This document shows, piece by piece, positions 58,432 through 64,000 of a stretch of 64,000 nt of DNA (position 1 is its first letter; each line of letters begins with the position of its first letter). The DNA comes from Amoebophrya sp. A120 (lineage: Eukaryota; Protista; Dinoflagellata). The stretch covers positions 7,408,743 through 7,472,742 of the forward strand of contig CAJINV010000002.1 of the NCBI GenBank assembly GCA_905178155.1, written 5' to 3'. The notes under the pieces were generated by a model. That model was not told the DNA's origin and ran no database searches. It worked only from the letters and a program-made list of their open reading frames with translations. The position numbers and the translations under genes are program-made.

Positions 58432-61400
58432 CTAGTCTTTCGGCGGCCTCCGCAGGTTGCTTGTCGTTGCTGACGGTCTGGAGACCCGCTTGCCACTCTT
58501 TACCTGTTTCACTAGGTCCATTAGCTTTGCCTGCCGTCCCCGCATGCGTGTTTCGTCCGCCTTTACCGCCTCAGCCAAGTCGTCCTTGGCGCCCGAGAGG
58601 AAGTTCTGATCTGCCGCATATCCAGGAAAAAACACCCATCCACATCCAATTTGTCGTGCAAAACACGTATGAAGTCCTGTGCTTCTCATGCAAAAAATGG
58701 ATGGGGATGGGTTTTTTTCTGTGGATACCGCAATCGCGTTGCCTACGGCCTGCATCACTGCGGCGACGGGCAGCGCCCCTACGCCTATCCCAAAGAAGCA
58801 GATGAGGAGTATACGAGAGAAAAAGAAATCCCGAAGGAAGAAGTCGGGCGTGATCATGTTACAAGTAAGTGCATCAAAACACCAATAAAGGGCTATCTTG
58901 CACGCGTCTCGCCATCTTAATTTGATGGCGCACTTACAGAGAGTAGAGTGAGATCCATGCCTATGCGACTATATCCCCAACAGTGCCGAGGTCGTCCGTG
59001 CCAAAGAACTGGAGATTCGTGCTTGTTTACGTACGTAAACAAAGACGTCACGACCACACAGTTGTTTGACGACTCCTCTCCTCGGATTAAAGGTTTTTCC
59101 TCGTCCCATATCCCAGGTGATGATATTGCCGGCTTCCGAGTAGTCGTCGGTCTCCCAGTTTCCGTTGAGCAGGTTGAACGCAATGAAAAACCCGTCTCCC
59201 AGCGAACTGAACATCAACCCGTTGGGCGTGTAGTTGAATTCTGTGTTGACACTGTTCTCCAGGAACACCTGCTGTCTGCCTATGAAAGCCTCAGGTTGGA
59301 AATCCTCAAAGTGAAAATAATTTGTAATGCAAAAAAACGACTCCAGTTGAAGCACCATTTATAGTCGGCGCATGACAAATTTCCCGGGCACTCAAAACGC
59401 GTCTGTCATGCTAGTTAGGCAAATGGGTGCCCTTCTCTCATGCTAATCAGCAGCCCAATTCTGAACCCGTAGAAGCACAATAGTCGGCTTCCATTGCGTT
59501 CGCTGCAACACAGTCTTTTTGGTGTCGCATTCCATGCGTCACAAATTATTTCCACTTTGAGGATTTCCATTCTGAGGGCGTCATACTACCGCCCGTTTTC
59601 GTCTTCGGCCCGAACTTCCACGTATGGAAGCGTCAGCTTTGAAATCGTCAAAGTTGAAAAAAATGTAATGCAGAAAATCGATACCAGTTGGAAGCCCAAT
59701 TTCTAAGCGGTGCATGACAAATTTAGGCACCGTCTAAATCCAGTTTGTCATGCTGTTCAGGGACAGAAGAAGGCTTTTGTCATGCTACTTTAGCAGCTCT
59801 ATTCCAAACCCTAAACAGGCTGACAGTCGGCATCACTTGCCATCCCGGCAAGACAGGCACTTCATGCCTTGCAGTTTATGCATGGCAAATCATTTCAACT
59901 TTGTCGATTTCAACTCTGACACATCCATACCATGCCGGCGTGCGGTAAGACTCGAAGAGGAAGAAGAGTTCGCCAAACACCACACATGTGCAGAGAAAGA
60001 CGCACATAATGGGAAACGCGGTGGCCTGCAGACAGGTGAGCATGCGGGTCAGCACCTTGCGCATGTGCTGCGTCATCAGGTGCTGGGCAAAGAAAAGTCC
60101 GTGGAAACAAGCGAGAAAAGCAATGGTGTACTCCTGCATCTTATGCAGCGGAAATTGGAATTTCGTACGACCTATCACAAGCTTCAATGCGGGGTGTGCG
60201 ATTCGCGCGACGATATCCTAACGCATAGGGTTCACAATTGCTAGTATCAGTGTTCATCGTCGGGGCAGCCTCTACGATGCAGCTTGCACAACAGCATGCT
60301 TTTCTTTACCAGGCTACCACATATGCAGCTCCAGTCTATACTACCCTGTACTTGTGCGCGGTATAAGTATTGCCATCCAATTTCCCCTGCCGATACATGT
60401 GAATGCAGTACACTTGAAAACCGGTGAGCTTGTCCCGTCGCACAATCTTTTCCTCCGCTTTTGGGTCGTAGGGCTCCGTGATGTCAATCTTTGCCGCGTC
60501 AGCCAGTTTTTTCGGCTCGGTGGGATGCAGCCCGAAGTTGTCCTTGGCAATACTGTCGAGCTTTTTGTACTCCGGAATCAGCTCCGGGGGCAGCGGCACG
60601 TCCTCACTCTCATCTTTCTTTTCCTCCTTTCGATCATTATCGCTTGCTTGTTCTTTATTTTTTGCGCTGTCGGGCGAGGACTTCGAAGTTGTAGCTCCTG
60701 GTGATGTACTAGATGTAGATGAGTCTTTTTCTTCTTTATCCTTTCCATCCTCCACTCTTCTTACGCTTATTCCCTGCTGAGTCTCCAGTGTCGAGTCACC
60801 AGTTCCACTGGCTTCTTTCTTTTCCGGGGCGGATTTGTCTCCGGAGTTGATTGTTTCCGTTGTTCCGGTATCCACAGAAAAAAAACCATCCACATCCATT
60901 TTTTGCATGACAAACACAGAGTTTTATGTATGTTCTGCATGACAAATTGGATGTGGATGGGTGTTTTTTCCTGGATATCCGGTTGGACTGGCGTACAGGT
61001 GCACGAGTCGGCTGTCCTCCGTCGTTTTCTCCGCCATGTCGAACTTCTGGTACTCCAGCGTGTTGCCCCGCTCCTCAAACAGCACCGGCTTCATCTCCTC
61101 GTTGTCTGCACCGTACATGGCGGTGAGCCGCTGGCTACCCTGTGCAAAAGTATCGCGCTCGTATTGCAATCATGCATTACAAATTTTTTTCTGAACGCAA
61201 ATCCGCATTACAAATTTTATTTCTCATGCTGAGGAAATTTGTAATGCATTTATACGAGTACGATAAGTACTTTTGCAGTTCATACTGGTGCATGGCGAGG
61301 TGGGCTCCAAGGAGGACGATGAGGAAAAAGTTCAACCACCGCCACGGGGATTTGAGCGGGTTCCGGTAGCTCATGCGGTCCACGTAGCAGGCGAAAAGCA

Positions 61401-64000
61401 GCTCGACAAGAAAAATGAAGTGCAACGGTAGAAGCAGGTAGTAGAACACGAAGGGCCGGTCGCCCTGCATGTAGAGCGCGCGGAAATTGATCAGCTGCGC
61501 CATCTCCCCGTCCGGGTCGATCGCCCACTTGTGCGCTTGGTGCGCGAGCGAATCCGGAACTCGCGTCGTGGGGGACAGGCTGGATTCCAGCAGCCGCTTG
61601 TCGTTCACTTTGTACTTGGGCTCCTCCAACGAGTCCGCCAGGGACGGCGTCTCCTCGTCCTTGGCCGGCTCGAGCGTCGTTTCGGTCACGCCGGCCTGGA
61701 TGATCTCCCCGTTTGGTCCCACGCCCGTCGCAGTGATCGACGTGGTCTTGGCCACGGCCGTAGCCTTGTCGGCGTCCTTTTTCGACGCCTCGCCGTCCGG
61801 CAGGTGCAGCACAGCCTTCGTGTCAGCTGCTTGTCGTAGTTCTTCTTTCCTCGATGTTTTTTCGACTGCACTCGAACTAGAATAAAGGGAAGCTCCTGCC
61901 GTCGAAGATGTGGTCTCGATGAAGGAAGAAAAAGATGAACTAGAACTGCTGCTACTCGCCCCGGGTGCTGTCTCGTCCAATTCGTCCGGCTCTGCGGCGG
62001 ACCGCAGGTCGCCAGGCTCCCGCGAAGCCGCGGGGTAGTTCTCCTTGTTGAACAGTTTACTTGTTTCCTCGACCTCTTTCTGGTTTCCCGCGGTTTCCTT
62101 CTTGAGGTTTTCCCCGGGTTTGACCAAAACGTCGATGGAGCGGGAGGGTGCGGAGACGTAAATGGCCAGAAAGGAGGCGAATAAATGCAGGAGCAGCGAA
62201 ACCTTTCCTGGGAACCAGGTCTGTCGCAGGTAGGAGTCCGCGCCGTAGGCGTATTTGCGCGGGAGTTTGTCCATCCTGCCCATGTGCGGCCCGCGCGACG
62301 CAAAAATTGGCACCGTCGCGTCGGCGTTGCCGGCAGTCTCTTTTCTCCTCTGTTCCGCTAGTTCGTGTGCGCGCTTCTTCCACTTCAGTGCGCAGGCGCG
62401 GACAAGCTCCTCGTGCTCGTAGAAATGCTCCACCTGCTGGTGCAACACACTGTGGTCCAGTTCCGCCATGAGACCGTCGGTCAAAATTCCTGCGAAGATT
62501 CCCAGAATGGCGGGGCCCGCGAGAATCATAATCAGGAAGACGACGATGGTACCCTCGGGACTGTATTCCTTCACCATTCCCATGTTGCCTGTTGTGCGCG
62601 AAAGGCGAAACAAGTGGGAAATACTCTATTTTCATTCTGTTACTGTTGTAACGCTTCTGAAGTGCAAAAACCCTTTATTTACTTCATGATGTGAACGAAC
62701 ACGAAGGGGAAGGGGTCGCGATTGCCTCATGCGATGCAGCAAGAACCAAGACAAACTCACATTTGTTTGATAAGGAGAACAAAAAAAAGACTAAGAATAA
62801 AAACAATCTAGCGCTATGACAAACGCTTCATAAGTGGCGCTCCTGTACTTACCAGTAAAAAGGCGGCTCGCGAACAGGCTTGCCATCCCGAAGCTGGTGA
62901 AGCGCTGCGTCTCCCCCTCGTTCACGTTTCCGTTTTTCCGCTCGGTGAGAAAGACCAACCCGCCAATGACGAAAAAAATCATCAGGGCCAGGTAGTACGC
63001 GTGGAATAACGTCATCCGGTTTTTCCTCACCACATCCACGATGAGGCCAAACCCGGTATTGAAGGAACTGAAATAGAAGGCCGCCGCGAAGACGCGCGCC
63101 CCCATCAAATACTGCAGGTATGGCCGCACCAGGGCCGTGTTCGCGTTGTCCAGGAGCCGCATGCGGACTCCACCTAGCGTGAAGGAGAGCACGTGGGCCA
63201 TCCGGGGTAAAACCGTAAGTACCCACCCCCGCTGGACACATCAAGGCTCTTTCGAAGTAACGCATCACAAATTCGAGTCTGTGGTCGTGTAGACGTGGTT
63301 AGCTGCTAAAAATGGAGGCGCAATACACATCAACTGATAATGTCTGATCCTGGCTAGGGAATGAAAAATTGTTTTTACTACTTGGTTCCCGAACGTCATT
63401 AGATCCCACTCCCCATGGGGCTGCGAATCTAGCACACTCTGAGGAGCCTTAGCCTTTAGATTTAGATCATAATTTGCAAAAGAAATTATATCGTGGGGAG
63501 GATACGTTATCTGTCCCCATCAGGATATGCGTGATGATTGTGACGGTGAGGACGATGACCGTTCCCGCGTCCGGCTTTTTGATGGCGTAGTTGTAGAACA
63601 TCAACACCGGACTGACCCCCCTGCGATTCGGAATGTTGTTTGCGTACTCCACTTTCTCTTTCGACGACGTGCCCGGGGGCAGCCGGCGCCCGATCAGTTC
63701 GTCGTATTCTTTCCTCGACGGACTGTACAGGTACTTGGCTTTGTGGTAACTGTCGCCGTAGAAGTAGACCGCACACAACACGAGATAATTGTACAGGTAG
63801 ACGAGCAACACGAACACGTCGACCAGGAAAACGATCAGAGGCAGAAAAATGCGGAGGCCGTCCCGGGAAACAATGCCGGTGATGTACTTCATGCGGAACC
63901 ACTTCGAATCCGCGAGCTGCGGATTGACGGCCGGCCCGTACTGTGCGACCTCGTCCGCGAACTGCTCGAAAAATTTCTCCTTGGCTTTCTCGTTGTGTAT
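58432..64000 (-). CDS. Two-domain (2x6TM-like) pore-loop ion channel, 5' end outside the window
   Basis: Two S5-P-S6 units after splicing: FLTE..FTSFGMASLFASRLFTGNMG..YSPEGTIVVFLIMILAG and FLFE..FSSLGDGFFIAFNLLNGNWE..YSEAGNIITWLLICFFG; GT-AG introns 63232-63505, 62589-62852, 60218-60344, plus six non-canonical introns. Confidence 0.75.
58619..58727 (+). mobile_element. Introner/MITE (109 bp), TSD CCGCA
   Basis: TATCCAGGAAAAAACACCCATCC...GGATGGGTTTTTTTCTGTGGATA; CCGCA at 58614-58618 and 58728-58732; sister of 60869-60977 in opposite orientation. Confidence 0.92.
58810..59110. mobile_element. Degenerate TAT...ATA inverted-repeat intron (about 301 bp), no clear TSD
   Basis: Imperfect arms TATACGAGAGAAAAA / TTTTTCCTCGTCCCATA; removing 303 nt gives NIITW-LLICFFG, matching the S6 spacing of domain I. 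Confidence 0.6.
59281..59585. mobile_element. Introner/MITE (305 bp), TSD CTGCC/CTACC
   Basis: TIRs of about 45 bp; removing 310 nt joins KTGG-RQQVFLEN in frame. Confidence 0.9.
59623..59929. mobile_element. Introner/MITE (307 bp), TSD CCACG/CCATG; homolog of 59281-59585
   Basis: TIRs of about 40 bp; removing 312 nt joins RTPAW-KFGPKT in frame. Confidence 0.9.
60869..60977 (-). mobile_element. Introner/MITE (109 bp), TSD TCCGG
   Basis: TCCGG at 60864-60868 and 60978-60982; contains an in-frame stop; removing 114 nt joins YASPTG-TTETIN. Confidence 0.92.
61140..61284. other. Hairpin-forming non-canonical intron (boundaries uncertain; 145-nt model with CAG direct repeat)
   Basis: Nested inverted repeats TGCAAAAGTA..CTCGTAT..ATGCATTACAAATTT / AAATTTGTAATGCAT..ATACGAG..TACTTTTGCA; frame requires length 1 mod 3; no GT-AG pair that I tried fits. 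Confidence 0.6.

Noticed and set aside
58600-61290. Recurrent palindromic repeats as a possible CRISPR array
   Set aside because: No regular repeat-spacer period, no cas genes, eukaryotic context; explained as TIR introns
63214-63510. Weak inverted repeat suggesting another introner
   Set aside because: The TSD-based join is out of frame, whereas GT-AG intron 63232-63505 fits

Overview
Eukaryotic, gene-dense, protist-like DNA. Nearly all genes are on the minus strand and carry both GT-AG and non-canonical introns, which fits a syndinian dinoflagellate such as Amoebophrya (inference, not proven). Contents in order: two plus-strand orphan ORFs that may be the 3' part of an LTR element; a 5'-truncated RTE-like non-LTR retrotransposon; three tandem paralogs of a large unknown protein family (13-32.5 kb); three RING-finger genes; a type I membrane protein; an SLC25 mitochondrial carrier; a full-length Ty1/copia element (52086-58296); and the 3' part of a two-domain ion channel gene. 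Two signals stand out. (1) Six clear and two degenerate MITE-like elements with TAT...ATA termini sit inside coding sequence; the clear ones have 5-bp target-site duplications (TSDs), most share a GCAT(G/T)ACAAA motif, and removing element plus one TSD restores the reading frame without GT-AG ends, so they behave as introners. (2) The copia gag and pol are in frame and separated by a single UGA in a UGA-CUA readthrough context. Splice models were derived by hand from frame logic and are unconfirmed by transcripts.
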